This document shows, one piece after another, positions 1 through 12,192 of a DNA stretch of 64,000 nt. The notes beneath the pieces are model-generated. The model saw only the letters and a program-made list of their open reading frames with translations, made no database searches and had not been told where the DNA came from. Position numbers and translations under genes: made by a program. Every line of letters starts with the position of its first letter. Position 1 is the stretch's first letter. Source of the DNA: Octopus bimaculoides (Eukaryota); assembly GCF_001194135.2 (NCBI RefSeq), contig NC_068998.1, forward strand, positions 39,681,085-39,745,084, in the 5' to 3' direction.

Positions 1-76
1 GATATTGTTTATTGTGTCCTTCCTTCTTTGAGAGATGCTACAAGGTGATTCAAGGGAAATTTAGCTGTTATTTCTT

Positions 77-237
77 GCGCAGAAGTGGCTGAGTGGTAAG
101 TAGCTTGCTTACCAACCACATGGTTCCGGGTTCATTCCCACTGATTGGCACCTTGGGCAAGTGTCTTCTACTATAGCCTCGGGCCGTCCAAAGCCTTGTG
201 AGTGGATTTGGTAGACAGAAACTGAAAGAAGCCTGTC

Positions 238-270
<33 letters not shown>

Positions 271-489
271 CATATGTGTTTGTGTGTCTGTGTTTGTTCC
301 CCCCAACATCGCTTGACAACCGATGGTGGTGTGTTTACGTCCCCCGTAAGTTAGCGGTTTGGCAAAACGGACCCATAGAAAATAAGTATTAGGCATCCAA
401 AGAATAAGTCCTGGGGTCGATTTATTCGACTAAAGGTGGTGCTCCAGCATGGCCGCAGTCAAATGACTGAAACAAGTAAAAGAGTAAGT
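77..489 (+). mobile_element. tRNA-derived SINE, family S1 (CORE-like; probably one of the octopus OR-type SINEs), full-length and well preserved
   Basis: A-box-like GGCTGAGTGG and B-box-like GGTTCATTCCC, then ACCTTGGGCAAGT (MIR/CORE-like), a central (TA)/(TG) tract and a 3' end GACTGAAACAAGTAAAAGAGTAAG. About 30 related copies occur in the window. Confidence 0.85.
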
Positions 490-1046
490 CAAGTGACTTT
501 GTACAGGATTCTCTCAATTGCTCGCATATTTTAGTCATCTGCGCTAAGGACATGTAATAGATATGGATGATGGTTGGTGTGGGTTGGATGAGGTGTGCTG
601 TTACAATCTTTGAAGGTAAAATATAACAAGGTCAGAGGTAAGAGGAGGGAGTCCCACAATAATAAGTAATTGGATCGGATGTTGGGATGTTTAGCAGAAT
701 GGATAAACCTGATATAAACCTGATGATTCAATTAGACGTTTGGAGATGATTGATAACAACAAATGACTCTTTTGGACACTGTTAGAGGCAACAGATGTGA
801 ATGCAATAATAATAATGTTGGTGATGATGTGTTTTTTTTTTAACTTTGTACGTAGCAAAAATACTGTGATACAGATTTCAGTTATTGATATTGTAGATTG
901 AGTTTGTATATTATCTATGCACATACGTGCATAGATACATTAGTTTCTTTTTATAACTTTGACAGAAGGAAAGTTAGTGCCAATGATACCAGTTACTATT
1001 TCCAGGGTCTCTGAGATGAGTGGGAGGGAGGCACGAAGATATACAT

Positions 1047-1453
1047 AACCCTTTTTATAACCATATTTCTGTTGAAATACACTGCCTTTGTTTCAATTAA
1101 CTTTGAAAATAATGAAGAATTTTGTAAAAATAACTTTGTCGTTATTAAGTTAGTTTTTGAAACATAAATTAACATGAAATTTTGATGGGAAACTTCAATT
1201 TAGATTACATCAATCTTTTTGATGCCAACCCTCTTGAGACTGTCCCTAGCTCTTTTGTTACCACTTTTCTGTTGAAATGTGCAACCTTTGTTTCAAATAA
1301 TTTTGAAAATAATGAAAAATTTAATGAAATAACTTTGTTATTGTTAAGTTGGTGTCTGAAATAAAATATAAAATTCTGATGGGACTTTAAAACAAGATTC
1401 TGTTGACATAGGACCAGAGACAGTTTCAGGTAGGTTGATATCAAAAAGGTTAA
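1047..1453. mobile_element. piggyBac-type MITE family A, copy with internal duplication of one half
   Basis: Starts TAACCCTTTTTATAACCA and ends TATCAAAAAGGTTAA. The internal block 'ttctgttgaaat...aaataactttgt' occurs twice. Confidence 0.6.
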
Positions 1454-2140
1454 AGTGGAAACTTAAAGTTGTTTCTTCAGCCAAAGAAAGAGAAAGACTG
1501 GATTGTATGGTGGTGTTAAACTATAAAGTGGATTGAACTGTTTGACACCAACTTCCTGTCTCAGACTGTTCCTGGTTCTATGATGCAAACATCCTGTTTT
1601 AAACCAATCTAAATTAAAACTTTCCACCAAGATGTTAATTTATGTTTCAAACATCAGCTTAGTAAATGACAACATTATTTTACAAAGTTCTTCATTATTT
1701 TCAAAATTAATTAAAATAAAGACACTGTATCACTCCAGAATTATGTCAATAAATGGATTAAATCTGTCTTCAGAGTAGGTAATAATGAGATTTGAACTCA
1801 GAATGCAAATAGTCAGAACAAATACTACTGGTCATCTTGCCTGATGCTGTAACAATTCCACCAGTCCACTGTCTTTGAATAATACTTTATTACATTGACC
1901 TCAGAAGGATGAAAGAGCAAAACTGACTTTGGCAGAATTTGAAATCAAAATGCTAAGAGTCATACATGTGTATGTATACACACACACACACACACACACA
2001 CATTCTCTCTCTGGTTATTTTCTCTTATTCCTTTCTGTTGAAGAGCGTTGGCTTGAAACATAAAAGACTTTTTCATTTTTCCTGAGTGTCAAACTAATAC
2101 ACTCATTTGTTGTTCATACACCTGTGTTTCTATAAATTTC

Positions 2141-2183
<43 letters not shown>

Positions 2184-2974
2184 TATATCCCTTGATCTTT
2201 GAGGTGCCACACATGGTGGGCCAAGGACGTGACAAACAAACAAAAAAGCACTAAATTCAGTGAAAGTGAAATATATAATAAATACAGAAGTTACGGTTGA
2301 GCTACTTCAAGTTTCATACTCAGAAAGTACAATATTTGGCTGTGCTTGTATAAAACATACAACATACAATCCAGTAATTATTCAGGCTCATATAACATGG
2401 CTATATCAAATGATTGGTTGACAAACAAACAGACAAATAAATGCATACATGTGTGTGTGTGTGTGAATGGAGGGATAGATAGAGAGACAGATAAATGCAT
2501 ATATACCACTATATGTGTATGTGTATGTGGGTGTATGAATAGGCGACAGACAGACAGATAGATGCATATATATGTGTGTGGGTGTATGAATAAGCGACAG
2601 ACAGACAGATAGATGGATATATATATGTGTGTGTGGGTGTGAATGATGCTTTTGTTCATGTATGAAGTTAAGAAGCTTTAAGATTTAGATAACTGCCTTC
2701 ATAAGCTGATTTTTTTCGTCTCATTTTCATTTAACTTCCATTAATCTCTTATATTCTCATTTTTCACTCTCAATAATACAAAACAATTTTCATAGAAGCG
2801 CTTGTTCTATATACCAATCTCTCCTGTACCAGTTCATACACTGTGGAAGAATTATTAACTACATTTCTAACATGGGATATTTGGATATAGTCAAATATAG
2901 TGACTCGGGACCACATAATTTATATTCCTCTCTCTCTCTCTCTCTCTTCCTCTCTCTTTCTCTGTCTCTCTCTG

Positions 2975-3235
2975 AGCTGGAATGAAAAGTTCAGGTATGT
3001 ATCAAGTTAATAATTACTGGTGTTGCCGTTTTGTTTTTATTTGTTCCANNNNNNNNNNTGGTGTTGCCGTTTTGTTTTTATTTGTTCCAGCTCTTTACAT
3101 TCTGAACTCAAATCCTGCCAATTCCAGTTTCGGTTTTCATCCTTTGGGGGGGGGGGGGGGTAAAAACGAAAGTACTAATCTAGTGCTGGGATCAATGGCA
3201 TTGATTACTTGTCCACTAAATTGTTGGCTTTGTAC
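2975..3235 (+). mobile_element. SINE family S2 (decayed; a second copy follows at about 3255-3400)
   Basis: Contains TTCTGAACTCAAATCCTGCC...TTTTCATCCTTT...AAGTACT...CTGGGATCAAT, matching the S2 consensus at 32353-32563. Confidence 0.7.
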
Positions 3236-3409
3236 CAAAATAAGAAACCATTACAGGTGGCAAGCAGTCAGAAATGTTAAAACATCAGAAAAATACCTTG
3301 TCTTATTTATTCCAGTTCTTTACATTTTGAGTTCACATCCTGCCAAAGTCAACTTTGTCTTTCCTCCTTCCAGGGTCAGTAAAATAAAGTACTAGCCAAG
3401 CACTAAAGT

Positions 3410-3645
3410 AAAATAAGGTAAAGTTACTTTCTCAAGTCATGCCGACTCATAAGGGCTGGTTTTCTGGTTTCCATGGTGTATAAGTTCCCCACCTGGATGG
3501 GATGCTGATCCGTTGCAGAATTACTCATTTTGCCAGCTGAGTGGACTAGAGCAACATGAAGTGAAATGTTTTGCTCAACAACCCAATGTGTCACCCAGTC
3601 CAGGAATCAAACCCACAATCTTATGATCACTAAGCCATGCACCCC
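3410..3645 (-). mobile_element. tRNA-derived SINE family S5
   Basis: The reverse strand has a tRNA-like head followed by TTGAGCAAAACATTTCACTTCATGTTGCTCTAGTCCACTCAGCTGGCAAAATGAGTAA. Related copies at about 20640-20875, 31990-32160 and 60290-60430. Confidence 0.6.
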
Positions 3646-4074
3646 CACATGTACTGGGACTAAGCTGTCAGAATTGTTAGGGCGCTGGACAAAATGCTTA
3701 GTAGCATTTCTTCTGACTCTTTTATGTCCTGAGTTCAAGTTCCACTAAGATCAACTTTGTCTTTCCTTTTTCAGAAGTCAATAAATAAGTACCAGTTTAG
3801 CACCAAGGTCTTACTTCTGCCCTCAAAATTGCTAGCTTTGCATTCCAAAATTAGAAAGAATTATTATTATTATTATTTAATGATACTAGTGCCACATAAA
3901 AAGCACCCAGTACAAGCTGTAAAATGGTTGGCATTAGGAAGGGCATCCAGCCATAGAAATTATGCCAAAACAGATGAATGGAGTTTGGTACAGCCTTCCA
4001 GCTTGGCAGCTCCTGTCAAACTGCCCAACCCATGCCAGCATGGAAAATGGACATTAAATGATGATGATGAATGG

Positions 4075-4490
4075 TATGCAGGAATGTGTTACATTTGGAA
4101 TCAATGTCTTGATACTGGGTTACAACTAATTTCCTTATATATCAAGGACCTTTCAAGCAATCCTTGCTGTTCCTAATAGAACAGATTTCTGTATTAATGC
4201 AAGTCTCATTGTCACTCCAATCTCATTACGGAAACTACTAAATCTGATGGTAATTGTACCTAAGATGCTCATAACTATTGATATAACTTTTGTAGAAACT
4301 CTCCAGTCTTTACATTTCCCTTGTGAAGTCTTGGTATTTTCCTATTTTACCTTTTCTATAACTGTTACATTCATATCAGCAGACACAACCACATCTACGA
4401 TGATGCATGCTTTTGACACCTTATACAGAATGATTCGGTTGTCTTGCTTGAATTTGATAGTCGGACTGTACAATAAATCCCATAAAACCA
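4075..4490 (-). mobile_element. R4/Dong-clade non-LTR retrotransposon 3' fragment (RLE endonuclease region), decayed
   Basis: Reverse translation with shifts and stops: LWD...KACIIVDVVVSADMNVTVIEK...KVISIVMSILGTI...LIQKSVLLGTARIA*KVLDI*. This matches the R4/Dong C-terminal pattern LWDF..QTD...PD...IDVAVP...IPIVIGALG...QK..LLGTARILRKVL. Confidence 0.75.
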
Positions 4491-4519
4491 TAAACAGATC
4501 ATTCTCATTCTCATTCACA

Positions 4520-4752
4520 CATCATGTTAGGCAAAATGCTTAGCGGTATTTTGTCAATTGCTATGTTCTGAGTTTAAGTTCTGCTGAGGTTAACTTTGCT
4601 TTTCATCCTTTTGGGGTCGATAAATTAAGTACCAGTTGTGTACTGGGGTCAATATGATTAACTAGTCCTTTCCCACAAAATTTCAGGTCTTGTGCCTTTA
4701 GTAGAAAGGATTATTATTATTATTATTATTATTATTAATATTATTATTATTA
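4520..4752 (+). mobile_element. SINE family S2 with long (ATT)n tail
   Basis: S2 body (GTTAACTTTGCTTTTCATCCTTTTGGGGTCGATAAATTAAGTACCAG) ending GTAGAAAGG(ATT)n. Another copy lies at about 4920-5130. Confidence 0.8.
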
Positions 4753-5629
4753 TCACCGTCATCATTAATCATCAACACCAACCCCATCAGCAGCTCTGGG
4801 GTAGGGTGGGAGTCAATAGATAAAATACCTGTCAAGTCCTGGGATTAATGCAATTGATTTACCCTTACCTTTCTGCCAATACTTAGAAAGAATTATTATT
4901 ACTATCATCATCATCATCATCAAAGTAGGGAGCAGGCAGACAAAATGCTTAACAGCATTTCTTCCAGCTCTTTAAATTTGAGTTCAAATTCCACCAAGGT
5001 CAACTTTGCCTTTCATCTTTTTGGTGTCAATAAAATAAGTACCAGCTGAGCATTGCAGCAGGGGTAGATATAATTAACTCCTACCTTTCCTCAAGACTGC
5101 TGGCCTTGTGCCAAAATTAGAAATTATCATTTGTAATCATTCTTTTTCAGTTATTTATAATCAACCTAATCATTAGTATTCAGTTAATCATCATCATCAG
5201 CAGCAGCAGAGGTGAATGTCATTGGCAGTAACTGATAACAATCAAAGATAACTGGTGTGTTTGAAGTAGTTAGACAATGAGTTAGTCTGTATATATGTGG
5301 AGGGAAAGAGACTAATGGAAATTTAGCAAGAACAACTGGTGTGGTTATTTGTAATACTATCTTTAGTAGGCAATAATTAGCAAGTCATCATATGTCCAAT
5401 AGAATGACCTTGCAGATGGAGCTATGATGAAAGCGGTGATAAGAAGGAACATAGAGATTCTAGCTATAGACAAATGAACACAAGACAGTAACAGACACTG
5501 AAATCAGAAACGTTATTCTGGCAGATGTAAATGAATAAAAGAAGTGGGGGAGGAATAAACAATAAAACCTGAAGACAAGTTTGACTATCATTAATCAACT
5601 TCATATAACGTGTAAGTATCACACTATCA

Positions 5630-5960
5630 AGCCAGGGATGGAGTCTCTTATGTAGTCATCAAGTGCGCTAGAAATAGCAACCATGTACCTCTAAAATTAT
5701 GCCCCACTATCTTAGATGAGCCAATGATGGAGTCTCCCATGTGATCAGCATGCTAGAAATACAGACATATATCTGTCAAAGCACACCATCTTAGACAAGC
5801 CAAGGATGGTGTCTTGTGTGGTTGCTCAGCATGCAAGAAACAGCAGCCATGTAACACTTTAAAATACATCCATCATTATAGATGAGCCAATGGTGGAATC
5901 TTATATAGTCACTCAGCATGTTAGAAACAGTAGCCAAATACTCCTCAAAATACTCCTCAA
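5630..5960 (+). repeat. Four degenerate tandem copies (79-89 bp) of the head of interspersed repeat S4
   Basis: Units start at about 5630, 5719, 5798 and 5885, each AGCCA..GATGG.GTCT...TCAGCATGCTAGAAA.AGCA.CC...CATCTTAGA. Confidence 0.7.
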
Positions 5961-7149
5961 AATACACCCACACACACAACATCATCATCATACATATATT
6001 ACACACACAAATACATATACAGACATACACAGATAATATATTGTAGATATAGGAGTTATTGTAGAGCACAGAGGTGTTATGGCAGTAAGAAGTTGACAGA
6101 ACATCGGATAATGAAAGGGTTAACATCTGACAACATGAAGCAAACAACATCATGTGTGTGTGTATGTGCTTGTGTATGTGCGTGCGTGTGCATGGAATAT
6201 CCCCACCAAGAGTTCATTGATGACAAAGATGATGATTAAGATGACAATAATGATATAAATATTCATGTAATATATCCTCCTCTTAGGGTTTAAATATTAA
6301 TTCTGATGTTTTCACAACAAAAAATATTTATTATTTTTTTTTTTTTTCGTTATGATACTTTTTTAACATGGATTCTTGAATTTCTTTCTGAAACAAAATA
6401 TATATCAAAGAAAATACCATCATCACCAGAATATATAATATATATGTCTCTCATGTTTCCTATGAATGTAACTAGCAATGCACAGTGCAAGGCACCAATG
6501 TAAAACCATGTAAACACCCCAAATAAACAGTTTGAAGTTTCTATTCTGAAAGTCAATCTGAAAACTAATTCACCAGCCAAAGAAGTTTCGAGTCTGGGTT
6601 ATTAGCAAGCTGGAAATAAGAAGGCATTTTCTAAATAAAACTCCTTCTCTCTCTCTCTCTCTCTCTCTCTCATAGATTTACATTGATTTACAGGCATTGC
6701 CATAAAAGAAAACGAAAACAGATCTGGTCTCTGGTCCATATCAGTTAAAGAATTCCAAAGTGAAGATATCAGATAATTTTCACAAATATCGTTATTTCTT
6801 TTTAAAGAGAACATTTTTTTAGAAATCAAGCACCAAGAACAACGTCTGATGTATAAAGAAATATAACAGAGAATATGTTGAAGGCAACATAGATTTCATT
6901 GTTGTTGCTGCTTAGCCCCAAAGTCAAATCTGATAGAGCAAACCCATGATCAAAGTCATTGCAGTTGGAACCATGCTTAATTCTTTAATTCAAATGCCAT
7001 GTTATCTAGGGTGTCATTACTCAATACCACTGGAAATTTTCTCAATGTACCATCAGATAAACCACATATAATCGAGAGTTCTTACTCTTGGTCTTTTTGA
7101 GAATAATATTCATTAACACTAAAAATTATTTTTTAGCTTTCCACATTAA

Positions 7150-7369
7150 TCCTTTAGCATTTAAACCAGACATATCCAACCCAAATATATTACCTGTTTT
7201 ATGCTCAAACTGGCCAGATTTGGCCTCATATCTCTGCTCTACAATATCATGCTAAAAATATATAATCACATCATCAAAATTTCAAAGCTATAAGGTAGTG
7301 TATGATTAATTCAAAACAATGTGAATAAATAAGCATTATATTTAGCAGAATAACCTGAATATTTAAGGG
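7150..7369. mobile_element. piggyBac-type MITE family B, full copy (about 220 bp)
   Basis: TTAA|(T)CCTTTAGCATT ... ATATTTAAGGG|TTAA: short TIRs with a TTAA target duplication. Other copies at 32167-32605, 33917-34141, 34612-35383 (split) and 60945-61159; partial copies at about 16975 and 54745. Confidence 0.75.
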
Positions 7370-7819
7370 TTAAACATGCTTGCCTACATTTAACCAATGC
7401 TGCTTCCCACCACTCTTTCTTTTTTCCAACTTGAAAAATTGTGATATGGGGCAGATTTTTTCTGTTATTTCTAGCAGATCATGTGAACACAGGATCCCTC
7501 TGTGCCTCTAGATATACCTAATAAAGAAGATATAAAAGCTATAAGTTCCCAATAGCTGTGTACCTGACATACGTGACACAGAATCAGCAGAGTTGTTAGA
7601 GCATGGGATAGAATGTTGTGCAGTAATTGTTCCAACTCTAGTTGTTCTGAGTTCAAATTCTACTGTGGTCAATTTTTTTCTTTCATCCTATTAGGGTTAA
7701 TACAAAAATGGGTCAATTTCAGACAGTGGCTGATTGGAATTTGTTTTGGTTCTTTGCATTCTGAGTTCAAATCTTACTATGTGTGTAAAACTGTAAACGC
7801 TGTAGAAAGTAATAAATTT

Positions 7820-7970
7820 ATCAATACCATTATACATATATATATATACATATATATATATACATACATACATACATATATATATACATACATATATATA
7901 TACATATATATATACATACATACATATATATACATACATACATATATACATACATATATACATACATACT
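7820..7970. repeat. (AT)/(ATAC)n microsatellite
   Basis: Representative of many (AT)n, (GT)n and (AG)n tracts, which flank most N gaps. Confidence 0.9.
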
Positions 7971-8140
7971 ACACTCTCTGAGTGGTTGGCGTTAGGAAGG
8001 GCATCCAGCTGTAGAAACTCTGCCAAATTTAGATTGGAGCCTGGTGTTGCCATCCGGTTTCACCAGTCCTCAGTCAAGTCGTCCAACCCATGCTAGTATG
8101 GAAAGCGGACGTTAAACGATGATGATGATGATGATGATGA
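7970..8140 (+). mobile_element. SINE-like family S3 with (GAT)n tail, young copy
   Basis: GGTTGGCGTTAGGAAGGGCATCCAGCTGTAGAAAC...CCCATGCTAGTATGGAAAGCGGACGTTAAAC(GAT)n. Near-identical to 28146-28335 and 45167-45330, and CpGs are retained. Confidence 0.8.
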
Positions 8141-9961
8141 TTCAACTATTTTGTATTCTTGACTCCTCCACAATTAACTTTCCAGTAAAAATCCTCTTTT
8201 ACTCATGAATTTTCAACTGAATCAATCCCCCACTATCCAAATTTGTAATGGGTTCTTATTCTATGGAACACAAAATGAAGAGAAACATTCCTAGCAAGAT
8301 TTGAACCCAGAACAAGGAGGGTTAAAAAATGAATACTGTAAAGCTATTTATATAGGTCAATATCTACAAATACTGTCATTTCACTGTCTTCAATAAATGT
8401 TGTTAATATATTAGCCAACTCACAACTCAACTTATCTAATCTCTGAAAGGCATGAATTCTTTTTACTTTGTCTTCATTTTTTTCTATGCTTGATAGCATT
8501 AGATAGGGGTTCTTTTCTTTCCTTCCAAATATTTGATATTTACATAATACATACCCTTACTTCTCATACATACTTTTTAAAATTTACCATACATATGAAG
8601 GAGAGGAACCCTTTCATTGCCAACACAGATATTAAGGTCACTCTGAACTGTTTTCATCCACACCTATCCTACCTTTAAGAGACATACTTTCACTACACTC
8701 CAGCTTCTACTACTAATTATATCAGTCTGCTTATCTACTTCTTCCAGTAAAACTATTCAAGCAGTCTATGGTTTTTAAGTACATACTTTATTGAAATGAA
8801 GAAAGGCAATTCTGATTCAAGGAGTTTTTTTTTTGTTTTTTTTTTATATTCTTTCTAATCTTCAGTATAGCAATCTTAAATAAATAAAATTGAAATATTT
8901 TCTTAAACAAAAACGAACAAGTTTAATATAAAGTTTGGAATTCAAACCTGAATTGAAATTCAATAATGGAAAAAAAGGTAGGTTTTTTTTTTTTTTAATT
9001 CTATCAATTGAAATTTCCTATTAATTTTTTTTAATTGAATTTCAAATATGTCTGCTTTAATTTCAAAGTACTTAACCCGTTTACTGTGGAAATCAGATAT
9101 ATCCACTCAAAATTTCATTACACTTAACAGTGGAAGACAGCTTCATATACCAATCTATCTTTTATAGAGGAATGTCACATTTGAAATTATTTTTTGTTGA
9201 AATATATCAAGTTTACTGAGGCAACATGACTTAAAATACCAATTCCACTTTTTGGGGTGGTGGGGTGGGGTTTAGATATTTAACATTATTACTAGAATAA
9301 TCATGTAATTTAATTNNNNNNNNNNNNNNNNNNNNNNNNNNNNNNNNNNNNNNNNNNNNNNNNNNNNNNNNNNNNNNNNNNNNNNNNNNNNNNNNNNNNN
9401 NNNNNNNNNNNNNNNNNNNNNNNNNNNNNNNNNNNNNNNNNNNNNNNNNNNNNNNNNNNNNNNNNNNNNNNNNNNNNNNNNNNNNNNNNNNNNNNNNNNN
9501 NNNNNNNNNNNNNNNNNNNNNNNNNNNNNNNNNNNNNNNNNNNNNNNNNNNNNNNNNNNNNNNNNNNNNNNNNNNNNNNNNNNNNNNNNNNNNNNNNNNN
9601 NNNNNNNNNNNNNNNNNNNNNNNNNNNNNNNNNNNNNNNNNNNNNNNNNNNNNNNNNNNNNNNNNNNNNNNNNNNNNNNNNNNNNNNNNNNNNNNNNNNN
9701 NNNNNNNNNNNNNNNNNNNNNNNAATATATAGAAATTAAATGCTTAATACCATTTCTTTTCTTTAAAAAAAAAAGAAAAAAGTTATTGTTCACACACTAA
9801 GCATGGTTACTGTCTAATGAGAAGCTTGCTTCCCAGCTATATGGCTTCAGGTTCAGTCTCACTGCATGATGCCTTGGGCAAGTAAATGTCTTCTACTACA
9901 GCCCCAAGCTGACATATGTCTTGCGAGTGGATTTGGTAGACAAAAACTGAAAGAAGCTCAC

Positions 9962-10013
<52 letters not shown>

Positions 10014-10294
10014 TGAGAGAAAGAGAGAGAGAGAGAGAGAGAGCATTTGTGTTGTCATCATGTAATGGTGGTAAACAAAAGTTACTCATTTCCAATTTTA
10101 TGTGAAAAACATGTCAGGTCATGGGGGAATATCACCTTGCTTAAAAACAGGTGAGAGTTGGGACAAGAAAGGTATCTGGCCATAGAATATCTGCTTCAAC
10201 AAGTCCCATCTAACCCATGCAAGCATGGAAAACTGAGATGTTAAACCGAAGATGATGATGATACATCTAATTTTAAAAAAAAAATCATTTGACT

Positions 10295-10421
10295 GTGTAG
10301 TAAGAAGCTTGCTTCCCGACCACATGGGTTCGGGTTTAGTACCACTGTGTGGGGTTGACCAAAGCCTTGTGAGTGGATTTGGAAGACGAAACTGAAAGAA
10401 GCCTGTCGCCTGTCGCCTGTC

Positions 10422-10467
<46 letters not shown>

Positions 10468-10830
10468 NNNNNNNNNNNNNNNNNNNNNNNNNNNNNNNNN
10501 NNNNNNNNNNNNNNNNNNNNNNNNNNNNNNNNNNNNNNNNNNNNNNNNNNNNNNNNNNNNNNNNNNNNNNNNNNNNNNNNNNNNNNNNNNNNNNNNNNNN
10601 NNNNNNNGAGAGAGAGAGAGAGAGAGAGAGAGGGTTTGTCCCATCACCACCAGTTTACATCTGATGTTGGTGTATTTATGTCCTGGAGCTTAGCAGTCCA
10701 GCAAAAGCAACTTATAGGATGAGTAACAGGCTTAACAAAAAAAAAGCTCTGGGGTTGATTCATTCGACTACAAATTCTTCAAGGTGGTGCCCCAGCATGG
10801 CTGCAGTCTAATGACTGAAACACTTAAAAG
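10295..10830 (+). mobile_element. SINE S1 interrupted by an assembly gap in its central microsatellite
   Basis: S1 5' half, then (GT)n-NNN-(GA)n, then S1 3' half ending GACTGAAAC. Confidence 0.7.
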
Positions 10831-11639
10831 ATAAAAAGACTTATAAACAAAAATAATTAAGCATTCAAACAATCTGATAACGAGAAAACAAACTAAATAA
10901 GTTAGGTAATGAACAAGAGTAAAAGAAGGTGGGATTAGATTTAATAAAATATGACATGAAAAAACTAAAATAAGGATGGCCTCATTAGATATGATCAAAA
11001 ATAACCTATGAATAAATTGAATAACAAACAGGCAGACAGGGACTGAAGTAAAAGTTTGAGGGTTGACTGCTTTCTATAAACATAAGGTTTAGGTCACTAA
11101 GTTCTGATAGCAAAAAAAAAAAAAAAAAAAATGATGGAGGATGGAGGTGGTGTAGTGGATAAGGATGTTGTGTGAAGAGAGACGGGGTGGGGTGGGGTTG
11201 AACATAGGGTGGAAGAAGACGGGGCGTGGGGTATGCCGACAGTTTAAGAGCCACCAATAATTAGTAAGATAGTTAAGTTATTTCAAGTTTATATTTAAAG
11301 TCTTGGACCACACCCTGTCCAATATACACCCCACCACCACCACCACCACCACCCAGTATCTCTTTACTTGCAGTTTGTCTGTTATGCTCATCACTATCAT
11401 TAACATCATTAGTATCGTCACCTTCATCATTATTGTTATTATTCGTATTAGCATCATCACCATCATCAACATCACTGACATAATCATCATCCATGGCAAA
11501 TTCAAAAACCAAATAATCATCTATTAGACATTCTCCGCCGCCACCAATGTTAAAATAAGATACAGTTTCCTCTCTTACTTCTCAACAATTTCCAAACCTT
11601 AACTTAGGTTTCAGTGCAACATTTCATTTCATTGCAACA

Positions 11640-11671
<32 letters not shown>

Positions 11672-11737
11672 CAGTTTCTGCTCTTCACTACTAACTAGTT
11701 ACATATCAACTCCACCAAGAACCTTTTAATAATAATG

Positions 11738-11778
<41 letters not shown>

Positions 11779-11780
<2 letters not shown>

Positions 11781-12192
11781 CAAAAACTGAGCAAATATAA
11801 AGATCTTGAAATAGAAATTAGCAAAATGTGGAACCTGAAGACTAAAACAATACCTATTGTCATAGGTGCCCTGGGAATGACAGCGAAACGGGCTGATTAC
11901 TACCTAGCTCAGATACCAGGAAACCCCAAAATGGCTGAAGTTCAAAAGATAGTGCTCATGGGAACTGCCCATATCCTACGTAAAATACTGTCTATGTGAT
12001 CTCAAATTTTAAAACAAACACATAATTTTCTTTTGGTTTCTTAAACATTCTCAAGAACAACACTGTGTACAAATCCAAATATATGGTACCCTAGGCATAA
12101 CACCTACATGAACTTCTAACTTGTTGTCTCTTGAGGTCTCTGGATGAGACTTGGATCCAACTTGTACAAATGCAAAGCAAAAGTCAAACATA
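11779..12192 (+). mobile_element. 5'-truncated R4/Dong-clade LINE inserted in an (AAT)n microsatellite
   Basis: Uninterrupted frame 11781-11999: QKLSKYKDLEIEISKMWNLKTKTIPIVIGALGMTAKRADYYLAQIPGNPKMAEVQKIVLMGTAHILRKILSM*. A 3' UTR of about 190 bp follows, and (AAT)n flanks both sides. Confidence 0.88.

Noticed and set aside
109-396. ORFs containing EDTCPRC / EPGTMWL / RLLSVSVYQIHSQGF peptides (also at 37062-37489, 39256-39495 and 50262-50557)
   Set aside because: These are translations of the S1 SINE. They recur wherever the SINE occurs and are not genes.
9272-9793. Long ORFs spanning N runs or (AT)/(GT)/(AG)/(AGT) tracts
   Set aside because: They are artefacts of assembly gaps and stop-free microsatellites.
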